A stretch of 64,000 nucleotides of DNA from Phoronis australis (GCA_002633005.1 NMRA01000139.1:248001-312000), one strand, 5' to 3'. Counted from the stretch's first letter, positions 13,901-27,676 are shown. Notes: generated from the sequence alone by a model not told the origin. A program made the numbers and translations.

Positions 13901-16900
13901 GCTTTCAAAAATGGCCTATGAAGTCTCTGCTCAATTTGTTTATTGAAAAAAGCTACTGTACACAGTACTCAGTTATGGGCCAACAAACTGACTTTAGAGA
14001 AAACATGTGCAAGACTAATTCTGCAAATTTTCAATTCTACATAGCTCAAAAGAACACTTCACCACATTCCTACCCGGCTAACATATGAAGAATTGTTAAT
14101 TCCTTTACAATTAAATGCTGAGGAGAAAGCAACCATTTTGATGAAGGCTTTATCTAATATAAACTAAGTCTGGTTATCAACCACAACACTAACCAGTGGC
14201 AATGCACGCAGAGATTGCTCCAGAAAATGCGGATAAGACAGCAGTTTTACAACTAAATTTTTGAGACCATTTCAAAATTAAATCAAAACATTTGATCATC
14301 GCCACTGGATGAAAGGGGTTATGTTCCGGTAATGATCGCATTACCCAAACAGTGCTCAATTTACCTCTGTGACAGGGGAGATAATCTTAATTATTCCTGC
14401 TCAATTACTTCAATCAGGATGTAAATGCGCACATGCCAAGTGGAGTTCAAATCAAACAATTCTGCCTTGATATGGTTTCGGAAAACATTTGTAAACAAGA
14501 GCTGACCAGCAACACTAGTCACATACGATAAAATCTGAAGGACTAGAGAAATTCAATTTTCAAAAGTTTCCACAAAAGTAGGTCCAAACAAAAGTCTTTA
14601 TCATTTTCAAATTCTACACCATGGCATCATCAGACAAGGTGAGAAATCATTGGCATTAGCAGTTATTTTAAAAGCCTTTGTCAGATGAAAAATATAACAG
14701 TCAATTTTTGGCAATTATTTTTAACAAAATAGATGAAACTTTATAACATTAATTTTTCTAGATGTCAAAGTAAAAACATCCATGTAGCCACAGGTAAAAA
14801 TCGCCATGGAGATAAATCAAAGGATTCTCCCAGCGACAGGCACACTTACCAGTTACTAAGCCTCAACCACAGCATATGCCATACAAACAGCACAAGCTGT
14901 AGGGCAATAAGGAACACTCTTCCACAGTGGCAAGCACTGTGAATGGATGAAGTTACATGACTTCTCATTGATTACTGGAGCCAAGTAACATTTGAACATT
15001 CTGATTGGTTGGAAAGTAACATTTGGGCATTCTGATTGGTTGAAAAGTGCATATCACACAGCTCCATCTATACACCTCAATGTAAATAAAAATTTTTCTC
15101 TCCTCCCTCCCTCCGTCCCTCCCTACCTACCTCCCCTTCTCTCTCTCTAAAGAAATGTCTTTGACATACCAGGCATATAGCTACTACAACAACAATACAC
15201 TAATAAATCAATCTATTCCATAAATGCTCCTGTTTTGCAGCTTACATATAGGATAACACCACCTCAAACTAAACAAAACAAGTGATTCACAACTTTCCCC
15301 ACCACCATATGTTTACACAGGTCCCCTGAACACTGAGGCACAGGAAACATGTGCAACATGCCCACACACAGATTTCTGCCCTTGTTAAGAACATCCTTTC
15401 ACAGGAGCAATCTCCTTCACAGAGAGGGTTGATAAGGCAATAAGCAGCCAATGCTGTTTTGCAATCCATTTCCTTTCGTCGCAGTTAAAGCCTAGAGGCA
15501 AAACCTCTGAGCTAACTCATTTTAAAATTTATTACATTAATTTATGATATAAATTACACTGACAATAGCTTTATGTCAAGAACAACACGATTCGTAGATA
15601 TTTTTAGCAAAAATTGGGACATTTCCTCATGGTTTTAAAAATATTTAAATCTTCAATGTCACACATACAGTGCCAATAAAAGTAGGATATGATTTCCTGT
15701 ATCGACATCAATCTAAATTATTCAGAAAATGACACCAAACTTGCAATATTAGCATGAACTTCGTGTCAGAGTCTGCTTTTAAGTAAAGATATAATTTCAG
15801 TAAAAACTTTTCGTCATATAACCAGAGCTCAAATTTGAGTGCGCATTTCTACGACAATGGGGCAGTCTTTCAAATGATGGCGTTAATATAGTCAGTTTCC
15901 AGTCTAAATCCTAGCTGTACTTAAGTACCACAAACCTCTAAAAACAAAATATCCAATACTAGAATAAACAGTATGACTTACCCTAAAAACAACACCAGTG
16001 GTCTAAAAAGCGCCCCTGAGGCAATACTGACGGAGAGTGTAGGGTAAACAAAACACCTACTGTCAGTTGGCACTCACCATATGGCACCACCCCCCCATCC
16101 ACAACCTTCTTTCTCCAAGTAAACCTGCTAGGAATGCATATGTCACAAGACACATTGATGAGGCGCACATAAGGCAAAAACATTAGTAGTTGCATTAGAT
16201 AAAATTTATCCAGACAGACCAAGTGTTCCTAAAGGAGTCAGCTCTGTTTCCTCATCACCTAAATGCTTTTAAACAAAATTTATGTAAAATGTGTTCACTC
16301 TGGCAGAAATTGAATAATGCGAAAATAAACGAAGCCCTCTAACAGTAACACCTGCTGTATGTCCTTTCAAGTAAATGGCTTGGCCTGTAATGTACTGCTA
16401 GCTTGGCTATATACAGTGCAGGCATCATCGTCAGTTTTGTGGCATGTCAAATCATCCACCTAATACCCCGTCATACTGGAGGTGCGGTGCCACTACGGTG
16501 CTTGTACGGTATAAACTGCAGTGGCACCACCATGATCGCCGTGGTTAATTCGCAGTAGTCCTGCCCGTGATCGCGGTAGCACCGTGGAAAATTGTCCAAC
16601 AGCGGACCTTCGCAGTGGCAAGGCAGAAACTTTGAACATGTTCAGAACTTCCGCAGTGTCACCGCGGGTTGAGCCAATCCGCGTTGGGATCGCCACGACA
16701 CCGTCATGACCGCCGTGGCACCGTACAAGGACTGCAGTAGCACCTCCATCACCACCGTGCTTCCGCAGTACAACCGCCGTGTAATCACCAAAAACAGACT
16801 GGCAACAGTACGGCGATCCCGTTGCGGTTCTACTGCGGTTATGGCGGTGCTACCACGGTACAACCACAGGAGCACTGCAGGTATAGGGGTGATCTTACGG

Positions 16901-17091
16901 CGGTGCCACTGTGTTCCTACGACGGTGTTATTGAGGTGCTTGTAAGGCAATGGCGTTTCCACTGAGATGCTTGCACGGTGCTACTGCGGACCCATTTGTA
17001 GTATAAAAACTTTGTTTTTCTGCTTAATTTTCAGTGTTCTAAGAATCTTTAAACAGTTCAGATCGACAGCAAGTATTGAAAGCTCAACAGA

Positions 17092-19100
17092 ATGACAGAT
17101 AATAACAGAAATTTGATTGTCATACAGCAGTTTCTGCATGCGCAGCCACACCAGGCAGAATATGAGCCAGCAATGATTGCCCTGATGCGAAGAAGACGAG
17201 CAAGACGAAGATGCTGGGTGAGACCTTGGCTGGGCGATGTGAGATGTGCGCAGTTTGGCCACTACAACCAGCTTATGGTCAGGCTCAGAAGAGGATCCAG
17301 CCTCGTTCCAGAATTTCCTCAGCTAGATGTTTGGTGAGCTACTTGCCAGGGTTGGACCACGTGTCACAAAGGCAGGGCTCAACACTAACGGTTGCCCGAT
17401 TGCCCGTGCACATGTAGTTTTTGCGTCGGGCAAGCGGAATTTGAAAAGTACTTGTCCGATGGGCAAGTTAAAAAGCTGGCCGCATAGGCAAGTAGATCCT
17501 AAGATTGTCTGCTCGACATTTGCTCCAAAATAACGAACCCCGACACAAGCCTAAATACCGTCGAAAAAGTCCCTGTGGCCGTCAAAGAAACTCCGGTTTT
17601 CGAATGAGCACCGAAAGGAAAATAGAACGAGTGTGATGCAGCGCGCACAGATGACGCCCGCGGTCAAATCCTTTCGATTCTCTGAACGTGAATAAGTTGT
17701 CACGTGATACTACTGATCGTCTGCACTCTGGCAAAACGTCCAAACAAGGAAGCTGTCCAGGCCTGTATGGCATTGCTTTAGTTGCTAAAAACGAGGAAGA
17801 ATCAAAGCAACAATATGAAACGAAAAGAGTGCGGGGATGGGTTCCGTCATGGGAAATTAGGTTTCCTGGCCTGCGAGACAGTGAACAAGGGATAACGTGT
17901 GATTTCTACCCAAGTAGGCCTACAGCTGGAAGCACCGCGTTCGTCGGCGGATTAAGTCATACAGATAAGCGCAAAAGCTAAAAAGTGAATGCTTGACCAC
18001 ATATTTTCTACACCACACAGCATTTTTAAAGGCCTGGTATTTATTCAGGTGGAATTCCAAAGGAAATTCTTATGAATTCCCGGCTCCTGGTGGCAACTCC
18101 CGAAAGAAGAGGAATACGGTCTTCAGGATTGTCGCTCTGAAGGGTGACTTTTTCGCGGTCTATTTTTCAAAAATGTAATTATTTATTGAAAATAAAAGTA
18201 TATGTGGCATTTTATAAGTTAAAATTTGATTTTAATTTAATACAAGGTACCGATGACCAAAACCGTGCAAGATTTTTAAGGATAGCAAATATTCAAATTC
18301 AGGTTAAGCAACAACTCAAGTTTAATGAATTGAATACACTGTAGTGTCTAGAGTTCATGTCCTAGCTCATTTCGGCGCCTGTGAACGTGAGACAGTGGTT
18401 CAGATACCATAGTTACTGTTCTTATTTGTCTCTGTAGTGTTTTGACACACCTTATAAGTAAATGTTCTGCAAGAAGAATCGTTAAAAACATAGCAACTCA
18501 TGTATACAGCATGCACAACACAAGAGGAGGCTCAGCACAGGCAGCCCTACCGTAACACATTACCTAGGTGTGCACATGCACGGTGCTATTTGGGATTGTA
18601 CTTGGGGCAAGTGAATTTTTTATTCGGGCAAGTAAAAGTTTCAACTACTTAAAAAGCTAATGTCGAGCCCTGCAAAGGACACCAACTACAGAAAGGCCTT
18701 GCACCCAGAGACGAAGCTGGCTGCAACTCTTCGCCACCTAGCGTCTGGAGACACATATGCGAGCATGAAGCTACATATGCAGGTCCCAGCAAACACACTA
18801 GTTGTGCTAGTCAAAGAAGTCTGCTAGGTCATCGTTGAAGCGTTTAACGGCGAGGTGATGCAGAGCCGTACGACCCAAGACGAATGGAAAGGTGTAGCTG
18901 ACAAGTTTGAGCAGCGCTAGAACGTTCCCTATGCCTGTGGGGCTCTGGGTGGACGGCACGTCGCAATTCACAAGCTGCCCAGCAGTGGAAACTTGTTCCA
19001 CAATTATAAAGGATTCTATTCAGTGGTGTTGATGGGGCTTGTTGACGCCGATTACCTCTGGATAGATGTAGGTGGAGATGGATACATGTCTGATGCGCGA
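17092..19100 (+). pseudogene. Harbinger DDE transposase remnant (HARBI1/DDE_Tnp_4-like), split by a nested insertion
   Basis: RRCWVRPWL, FGELLARVGPRVTK / DTNYRKAL..KLAATLRHLASGD, NYKGFYSVVLMGLVDADY, DVGGDG..SDA; stops and frameshifts; the first catalytic ALDG motif reads ALGG. Confidence 0.9.
17373..18672. mobile_element. Non-autonomous hAT-like element nested in the Harbinger transposase
   Basis: TIRs CAGGGCTCAACACTA / TAATGTCGAGCCCTG; subterminal GGGCAAG repeats; flanked by CAAAGG direct repeats; the transposase reading resumes after it. Confidence 0.85.
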
Positions 19101-19458
19101 TACCATACCAGCAGGAATGCTACTGGCCTATCAAGTCTAGATGACTGCTCAGCCCACGCTGAGTCCTTCTTCACCTTATTTTTATGAGCATTGAGCTTCT
19201 TGTTATAAAGCTCCGGATGGTCACATAGCCAGTCCGCCATGGCCTCCTCCTCATTCAGATCAGTACGGACTTTTTATGCTTTGGTTGGCCGACTATGGAC
19301 TGGTGGTTAGACTCCGTAGCATCTTCAGCACCAGCAGTCCCATCATAGTGCTCATCATGTAAAGACTCATCATCTGCAGATGTTGGAGTAGGTGTCCTCT
19401 TGCTGGCTTTCCTGACTCCGACAGTCTGTCCTGTTGTAGCATGTTCCGGCCGCATCAC
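19100..19458 (-). pseudogene. Harbinger accessory MADF/Myb-SANT DNA-binding protein remnant
   Basis: MADWLCDHPELYNKKLNAHKNKVKKDSAWAEQS...WY is MADF-like; frameshifted acidic N-terminus; truncated at the junction with the transposase. Confidence 0.8.
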
Positions 19459-22222
19459 TTATAAGTGATAGTAACAGTGACAATAACAACAGTAATAACA
19501 GTAGCAACGTTCTCAGCAAGAACAACAATGGGAAAGAATTCGACCGAAAACCACCTCTCATACATAGCCGCTGCGCGGACGTCATGGCGTTGTCCTGCTG
19601 TTGCAGCGCCCCCGCAGTAGCACCACAGTAGTACCGCCATCCCCGCAGTGGCACCAGTCACTGGCCCCGCAGAGTTGCCACCAACACCGCAGTCCTGCTG
19701 CCAATGATTGTCGTGGCACCACCATCAATCCGCAGTGGTAACTCAATGGGATCGCCATGTTCTGGAGACACCGCCGTGGTTCTGCCTTGGTTCCTCAGTG
19801 GCACCGTGAAGAAAAACACATGTGTGACTGGTAGAAGAAAACTATGAAATACTACTGGCGATGTCACTGCGGTGATGACGGTTTTGACCAAAAACCGTAG
19901 TGGCACCGCACCTCTGGTGTAACGGGGTTTAAGCAACAGTAAAGGTGACACCTGTAACTTTCACATCGTCATTGTTTTAGCAAGTTTATTATGTAACATA
20001 AATAGCAGTCATCTCTACAGCTTCCTGAATGTCAATGAAGAAAAATAAGACAAATGCAACCAAGACTTAAGCTCCAACATTCTAATTTAGTTAATAACAG
20101 CGCGGGCTAGACTGGGAAATGGAAATCCTCAGAAGCCAACAAGGTCAACGAGGCTTAGATATTGGGGACGAAAATAGGTCCCATTACCATGCGAAAAATA
20201 TTTAAAAACCCCATCATCAGGCCCAAAAATCCCAGTCCCATGATTAAAAATTCCTCTCAAGACTAGAAAATCAATTCAATCTGCAAAACATTAGTCTTGA
20301 TACGCCGCTGCCCATGAAGGGTAGCAACTGGGTGGTGGATTTTCCCTCAACCAAAAAATTCCCCTCTCAGAAGGCACAAGACTGTCTCCCCATAGGACAA
20401 AAGACAACAACTACTAGTAGGTACCACAATTTCATTAGTTTTAAAGATTACAGTAAAAATTCTCTAATTTAGTCAGTCTCTAGAGTTTGACATGGAAATT
20501 GCCACAGAAACCGATTTTTTCATTCTGGAATTTGGAACAAGGGGTTGGCGTAGACAATCCAGGCCAACTATGGTCCCATTTACTTCTATATGGTGAAAGC
20601 ACCCATTCTTCAAAAGGTCCACTTTTCATTTTCAAAGACAAGCATGCTGTTCAACAAAAAAACTATTTACAACATCATTATTACCATTATGGTAAGGAAC
20701 AAAGTTACACTAAACTTGAGAACAATTGGATTCCAAACTGTTTTCTCAGATAATAGCTTCCGAGAAATGAAGTGCAACTTCCAAGATAAAATCAGAAATG
20801 CATATCACAGGCCATATTTTTCTCAGGAAACTTGGAATTGCGATAGCTTCCATGAATAATCCATTTTATGAATCTTTCATCAAAGCAGTGGGTGTGAATC
20901 ACCACAATTCAAAGCCACAACAAATAAGACAAGGCAAAACTCGAGGTTAGTAAACACCACTTTGATTTTCTGAGCACTTGTATCATACTATTACACTGGC
21001 GCACCACAATCAATAACTCCTTCAAACTCTTTACTTGTTTATTTGATTGAATCACACGTGTAATTGGGTACAGTTAAAAACTTGTCCAAAGGCCACTGTA
21101 TAGAATGAAGTATTCATGCATATTCATGACTGGGGACATTTTAATTCAGAAATGAACAAGTGTATCTAAATATGAATAGATGCATATTAGGAAACTCAGT
21201 TTTGTAAGCGTTCGAAAAAAAAACTAAACCGATAAACCAAAATATTTAATTTCGCGAACCACATCAAATCGAAACACAGCTGACAATTTGCAATTTTCCA
21301 TTTTTGACACAACGGATTACGGTAACAAATTTAGGATATGATATCAGTCAAGAGAAAGTGTATCGTCTCAGTTATAATTTTACAAAGTTCTCTACGATAG
21401 CTAACATTAGGCGTTTATAAAAACTGTGGGAATTCACCATCAGAAGACCTTGAAAATGAAAGCATGGCAATTTTGACTATCATTTTTGTCCAAAATTGGG
21501 GGAGATTTTTAAGAACCTACCTAGAAAGATCGTTTTACAAACTCTTCCTGAATAGGTACACTAGTTTAAAATAAATGACGGTAATTATTCTTGTCGAAGC
21601 TTGGCAAAATTTCAAAGCAACAAAATTCATTTTATTTTCAAATGATCTAGAGTTCTTGTCAGATTTTCACCACAATTTCGACAAATTAGATGAATTTCAA
21701 CAAAATTCTTCAACCTTTTTGAAAACTGCAGTATTGAAAAACCATTCCCAAGGTGGGTTCACAAGATGGTAACCGCAAACCAGTGGTAAGTAAATGGTGG
21801 TGATTACCATCACACACGTAATTGGAAGTGAGCAATCACGCCAGTGGCTTCACACAAAATGAGTGCATGTCAAATATTGTGTAAGTTTCCACTGGGGAAG
21901 CACTGTAAGTCAGAAGAGACAACAAGTCTATTGTATAAGCCACAGACAGATAGCCACGAAGTAATTTCTAGTGACATCTGACCAAAGCAAAAAAATCTAG
22001 TCTGCTCCAGTCAATTTTTCAAAACGCAGAATCCCCATTTTTTCGATTTTCAATAACAGAGAAATCCATTTTCGCATATATAAAATTCTGATTGCGTAAA
22101 TTTTGTACATCTTATTTTTCACAGCGCATAAATGTCAGTAAAATGCGGTTTGTTGAACATGTGATTATTGTGCATCCTTATTTAAGTATTCAATTTTCAC
22201 GTAACATGACATCAGCTGCTGA

Positions 22223-22803
22223 CTCGCTGGTTCCCTGCATGTTGCTAGGGGGTCAGAGCCAGCACGAAGGTATCACTTAATTTTCTTCGGGAATTTTTTG
22301 TGCAACGGCGTTTCTGATTGGCTAGTCGAATTTTCAACAGGCAGCACTTTACACAAACAAACTGGCATGAGTGATGGACTGAAGTGTAAAATGTGATCTG
22401 TTGTCAGACAAATCGGTGCTTAAAATTTTTTTTTCAGGAAAGGTGAATCCCAGAAATTGTGGTTGCGCCTTTTCGGAGTGCATCTTTCTACTGTCGAAGA
22501 CTTTTGTTTACGATAATGTTCTGTATTCATACAGTATGAATAACACACCGGTTAAATCGACCAGATATTTATTTATTGTACATGTATGTGCTTCAAGCAC
22601 GCGGCTATTAAACATCACTGCAGAAACGAAATAGTTTCTGCGACGCCACTTGCATAACAAGGCTAAAAATCGATCACAGTCCGACATTTTTCCACGGTGT
22701 TGTACAGCTAAGCAATGACTGCTGAGGTTACATCAACCAATGCTAAAGCGCGTGCCACTGCGTGATACCTTTGTGCTGGCTAGGCACGTAGGGAACCAGC
22801 GAG
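22223..22803. mobile_element. TIR element (MULE-like MITE) with 10-bp TSD
   Basis: TIRs CTCGCTGGTTCCCT / AGGGAACCAGCGAG, extending inward (GCCAGCAC.AAGGTATCAC); exact direct repeat CAGCTGCTGA at 22213-22222 and 22804-22813. Confidence 0.8.
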
Positions 22804-22805
22804 CA

Positions 22806-22883
22806 GCTGCTGATAGCTCAGCAGTTAAGGCGACGTCTGTCATTACATCTAACTTGAGTGACACGGGTTCGTATCCGGCAGCG
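22806..22883 (+). pseudogene. tRNA-like sequence (tRNA pseudogene or SINE head)
   Basis: A-box TAGCTCAGCAG, B-box GGTTCGTATCC (22866); GCTGCTG/CGGCAGC can pair as an acceptor stem; anticodon arm irregular. Confidence 0.55.
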
Positions 22884-24114
22884 GGTTCCCACCAAAATGT
22901 TATTCAACATGCGTAAATTAACAAAGTGGGTCAATCAACAGTTGTAATGCCATGTAAGGCTGATTATGCGGTATAACATAAAATTAACCAAGCAGTTGTC
23001 TTAACTATTTCCGCAAAATGATATAAATCGCTGGTCTATGTTACAGATCAAACTGGATACATGCCATGCATATCGTTTCATCAACTTTCATGAGACCGGA
23101 AAAGAACAATGCCACCTTCAGAAAGAATGAACAACTATTTGAACATCTCTCCTGCAAAATAATCATCAATCAATTTGTGGCCAGAATTGTGAATTATACT
23201 CAAAAATGAAAAAAATAGAGTTATGGTGCCTTCTTTAAAAATATACATCAAATTGCATTAAGGAAGGCAGACTCCATTAATTATCATGGAACATTAGTCA
23301 TTTTGTCTAAAAATCTTCATAAAAATAAACTATTGCAAACATTTCTAGTAAAAACTAGTAAAAAAGACACAAAAATGATATAAATATTTGCTTCTTGGTA
23401 TCTAGTCTTGAAACAAGCTTAGTAAGAAAAAGACAACAAGAGAGCAACTGTTCCACATAAACAGATTGCCAGACAGAGACTGTGGATATCAATAAATAAC
23501 AGCACGGTCATTGCCCTGCATATATTTGATTTCATGTTCAACAGGACAGTGTGTAAATATGAGTCCTATGGCATAATTACCTTACGAAATTACTAATTAA
23601 CTAACTTAGTATAAATGTAATACAATAACAGAGTTCCTAATTACAATAACACAACCCAAGCTGTAAAAGTCAGGCATCAGTTGGTAATAAATTGCATGCT
23701 CTGTATATATAATTGTCTGTCAATCATAACTAAATTTCCTAGACTAGCACTATGACTGTAACAAACCACAAAAGCCTTAGAAAAAAGGAATAAATAATAT
23801 TAGGAGACAAGAACCTGTGAAAGTTGATTTTCATAGCAATCTGATAAAATAATCATACCTTGATTAGCTTTAAACTTTTCACAACACAACAGACTCTATT
23901 GAGATGGATTCCCTGGAACTCTAGACTTACAAATAACAGGTTTGTATTAATAAAGGCATCAAGCAACACCAAGTTAAATTCAACACATGTGCACCCACCT
24001 CTGACACAGTGTTTCACAAATGTAGTGAAAATGGGTCAAACCTGTATAATTATTTAATGCAAAATAGAGACAACTGTGACCAAAGTATGCCTTTGTACCA
24101 CATTACTTGGAGGA

Positions 24115-24420
24115 GTCAGTGTGGCCTAGTGGGATAAGTGTTTGCTTCCTTTACTCAAGGTCGTAGGCTCCAGTTCCACTGGGGCACACTGCTAGACCCT
24201 TGAGTCATGTCTCTGGGTCTCCAGATCTGTTTTAACTACATATTAATAAAGCATAAAAATGATTCCAGGTGATCAGTGCAATGGGCCCACTAGAGCGGCC
24301 TGCACACGTCTGGTACAAAGTGTACCAGATCACCTGCAATTATTCTTTATTATATGCCACGGTACTTCGGATAAACATTATGTCATATGGAGGTTTACAT
24401 GGTGTTTTTCAATAGTTTCA
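24115..24420 (+). mobile_element. tRNA-derived SINE, copy B
   Basis: A-box TGGCCTAGTGG; body shared with copy A (GACCCTTGAGTC, TTCCAGGTGATCA, CACGTCTGGTACAA). Confidence 0.7.
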
Positions 24421-27400
24421 AAGGCGAAAATAACTACCTGTGAACTGCCAATACAAACAAAAATAAAATGACATTCATGCACTTGCCTGGTGAAAAGGAG
24501 TCGAACTATTACCTACCATAAAAATTCTCCAGTTAAGGTCACTTTCTAAATTTTGGGACACCTAAAGTAAAGCAGAATTTTCATGATTCTGAAGGCTGAG
24601 ACATGGACAATTTTGGCATTCTGACATTTCTCAAAGATAGGAAACTGCATTTTGTTTTCACCAGCGTCTGAAAAAAGACATGGCAGTTCATAACAGCATC
24701 AAAAGTAGCCGCCAACGCCGATGTCCCGATGGTGCATTGTGAGATGCTTAAAATCTTGAGCAATATTTGAAACTTGGAGCCTGAATGTTTATGCTTCATG
24801 AAACGAGTGATTGAAATAATACTTTCACCCTTTTGCCACAGAAAGAACAGTGACACGCTGGGCAACTGACAACAGTATGCAGTGTATGTTTCTGTGAATT
24901 AGCAGGAGGAAAGATCAGGCAGAGCCTGAGATATGTTTGGACTGTACTTCTGCCCAGAGAGAAATCAAGATATGTGAGTTTTAACAGTAACTCTCACCAC
25001 AGTAGGAAATAAGTTTTTGAATACTGCAAAAGTGCAGTGATCTTTAACCTTTACTCCATCAAGAAAAGCAGCCTATGGTACTAAAATAACTGTCAAAGTT
25101 GTTATTTTTATCATTTATTAAAAGGTTGTGTACTACAGTACTTTGCTAGAAATAATCTCAGACAACTAGAGATGAGAAATAACCAAATTTTTCAGACACT
25201 TTCAGAACAGCAGTAAATGTCATGGTGGTACTCTAATACCCCATTCCTAATAAAAATGCAGGTGGTAGCAAGAGTTACTCGAGCTGGCACTTTGCAGGTA
25301 CTCTGAGCCTGTGTTTTTGTAACCAATTTTGAACCCTGAGGGACCTTACTTGCAACAGGATAGGGTATGAGATAGAGGACAGTGTTTACAGTTGCATCAA
25401 TCAATTTACCATAGTGGTAGCTGGGTAGAGGAAACTAAGTGCAGGAGAAAATTACCAGTAGGTCTCAGTGATATTGCAGGACTATGCCTTTGAGCCATTT
25501 GTGCATAAATAAATAAATAAAAAGGCACAAGATCATTGCAGCAGTGCACCCTCCCAGGCACACCTTTAAAATGCAACACTCTTCCAAAAACTGAAACATT
25601 CTAGTCAACTTACAGCCAATCTGTTCTTATTCTGCTGAATAGTCTGTTATAAGTCTTTGTCATATTGCTTTTTGTATGGAATTTTTATTTAAAAATGCCA
25701 CTTTTATATAAACATGACTCCGTTCTTATTTCAATTGCCCTTGGGGTTTTTGTTCATATGTTACCACTTCAATTACACTAAGTTTGCTGGGCACAGCTTT
25801 TTGAAAACAGGCACGCTTTTTATCATCAGGTGCGCCCAAAGTGCACAGGTTCAACCCTGATCAGGAATATCCCTGACATCTGTACACAAATGAAAAACTG
25901 CTAACGTGTTTTTCCTTTATGACTTGTTAATCCTGGTGAAGGTTATGCTTTGTTGGCTATGGAGATTTTTTCAATGCTAGATGAACGGAATTCTTAGGTA
26001 ACTCTATAAATCGCAGTAGATGCTTTTTATTTTTCTAATGAAGAGGATGTCACCTAAGCAGTTTATGTCTGGCCAAAAATGCAAAGTAGTTTCAATATTT
26101 TTGTCAACAAATTTGCTAAAAACAATGCATAATTCTCATGTATCATCAAAATTGAACAATAACATCAGTCATATATGTAAATCAATGTTACATTTGCAAT
26201 GATTTTTTGGACATGCAGCACGGGAAGTATCACCTACAGGGCTGTAGAGATAGTACACAGCACTAGAATGCGGTCACATTAGCAAAGAAGCCACTGTAAT
26301 CTTGTCCATGCACAATCTGCACTAGTGCAACTTGCCCCACTTTAAGTAGAGTATCCACGCACATATATCTGATAATTAGCGCCATGCGGAAGTAGTTGCT
26401 TTGCGTATGTGAACCTTCGCAGAAATGTATCAGAATGCTTATCCATGTGTAACTGCACAAGGGCATAGTTCATCAACAACTTCCCTTTTACAATAGGTTT
26501 GCGACCACACAGTAATTAGACATAGTGCAAGTTACCCTAACACAAGTGGCGCAAGTTTAGACATGGCCCAGACAGCCCCCAAACCTAAGAACAACTTGTT
26601 CCAGGAGCAAGTTGCTCTTGGCTAAGTCTTGTGTGTAGATAGCACCTTACTTACACAATAGCCCAGCTGTGAAAGCCTAATTGCTTATACACTACTAGCT
26701 TCCACAATAGACCACAGGAGAATAGAGCTTTGTGGCGTGATCAATAGGTTTTTAATCATTTACTGCAGTGGTCAAGGGTAAAAGAAGTCAGTCCTAATAG
26801 CTTGCCTCTCAGCTGCTGAATCCCATCCCTATGATTGCTACAGACCTTAGTTACTTGACCTATGCTGATGTTTGGTGCCAAAGGCTAGTGTATAGACTTG
26901 AGGATGAGCTAACCGTATATAGTGCGTGATTTGGTAAGAATCAGCCTAAATATGATGGTGTATTTAACAGACATTTGCTTTTCAGTGCAATTCCGACGGG
27001 CGAAGTTACTTGAGCTCTTTAAATGTTGGAGATAAAAGTTTAACTGAAGGCCCTTTCATACTAAAGTTGACGCGATGCTTTGGGGAGTTGCGGTCAATGT
27101 GAACGGTTAGCTTCCGCCCTCAGGTTCGAAGCCAACAGTGCCAGTTAAGTTCGCAGTAAACAGATGAAGCGTCGACGCTGCGGTGCAGTATGGAAAATCA
27201 ACTTCGGTCCCATTGAAATTATCGCCAAGTGCCACTGTTATCGTCAACAATTAAAGGGTGGTGTCCTTGCTAATAGTTGCTTATATTTTGCTTAAATAAT
27301 CACCAATCAAATTAAAAATAAGTTTATGTCAATTAGCACACGTAAATGTTCCCAAATTGTCATATTAAATATCTTAACATGCAGCGCTACCTTGTGATTA

Positions 27401-27676
27401 CTTCAATGACAACAGCGTCACCTACGGTTTACTTTGACATCCGTTAACTACCGAAGATGGTATGAACAGTTTAGTTAACTTGGCAGTTTATGTCGACACT
27501 ACGCTGAGACCGAAGATAAGTCAGTATGAAAAGGCCTATAGAGACCAACCCATTTAAACTGCAGGATATTGAGGAGTGATCAGATTTTTTTTTTGAATTT
27601 CCTTCAACAACCACATCAATTTGCATGTTATTACATGAAACCTTCCCAGTTTGGACATTTCCAGTATTATGCTTGC

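Larger units (their letters stand above)
16464..19929 (+). mobile_element. PIF/Harbinger DNA transposon (decayed, internally deleted)
   Basis: TIRs TACCCCGTCATACTGGAGGTGCGGTGCC / GGCACCGCACCTCTGGTGTAACGGGGTT; TAA TSD at 16461-16463 and 19930-19932; GC-rich subterminal repeats; remnants of two convergent ORFs. Confidence 0.92.

Noticed and set aside
16493-16962. ORFs in GC-rich Harbinger subterminal regions (also 19370-19951)
   Set aside because: Stop-poor subterminal repeats, not protein-like
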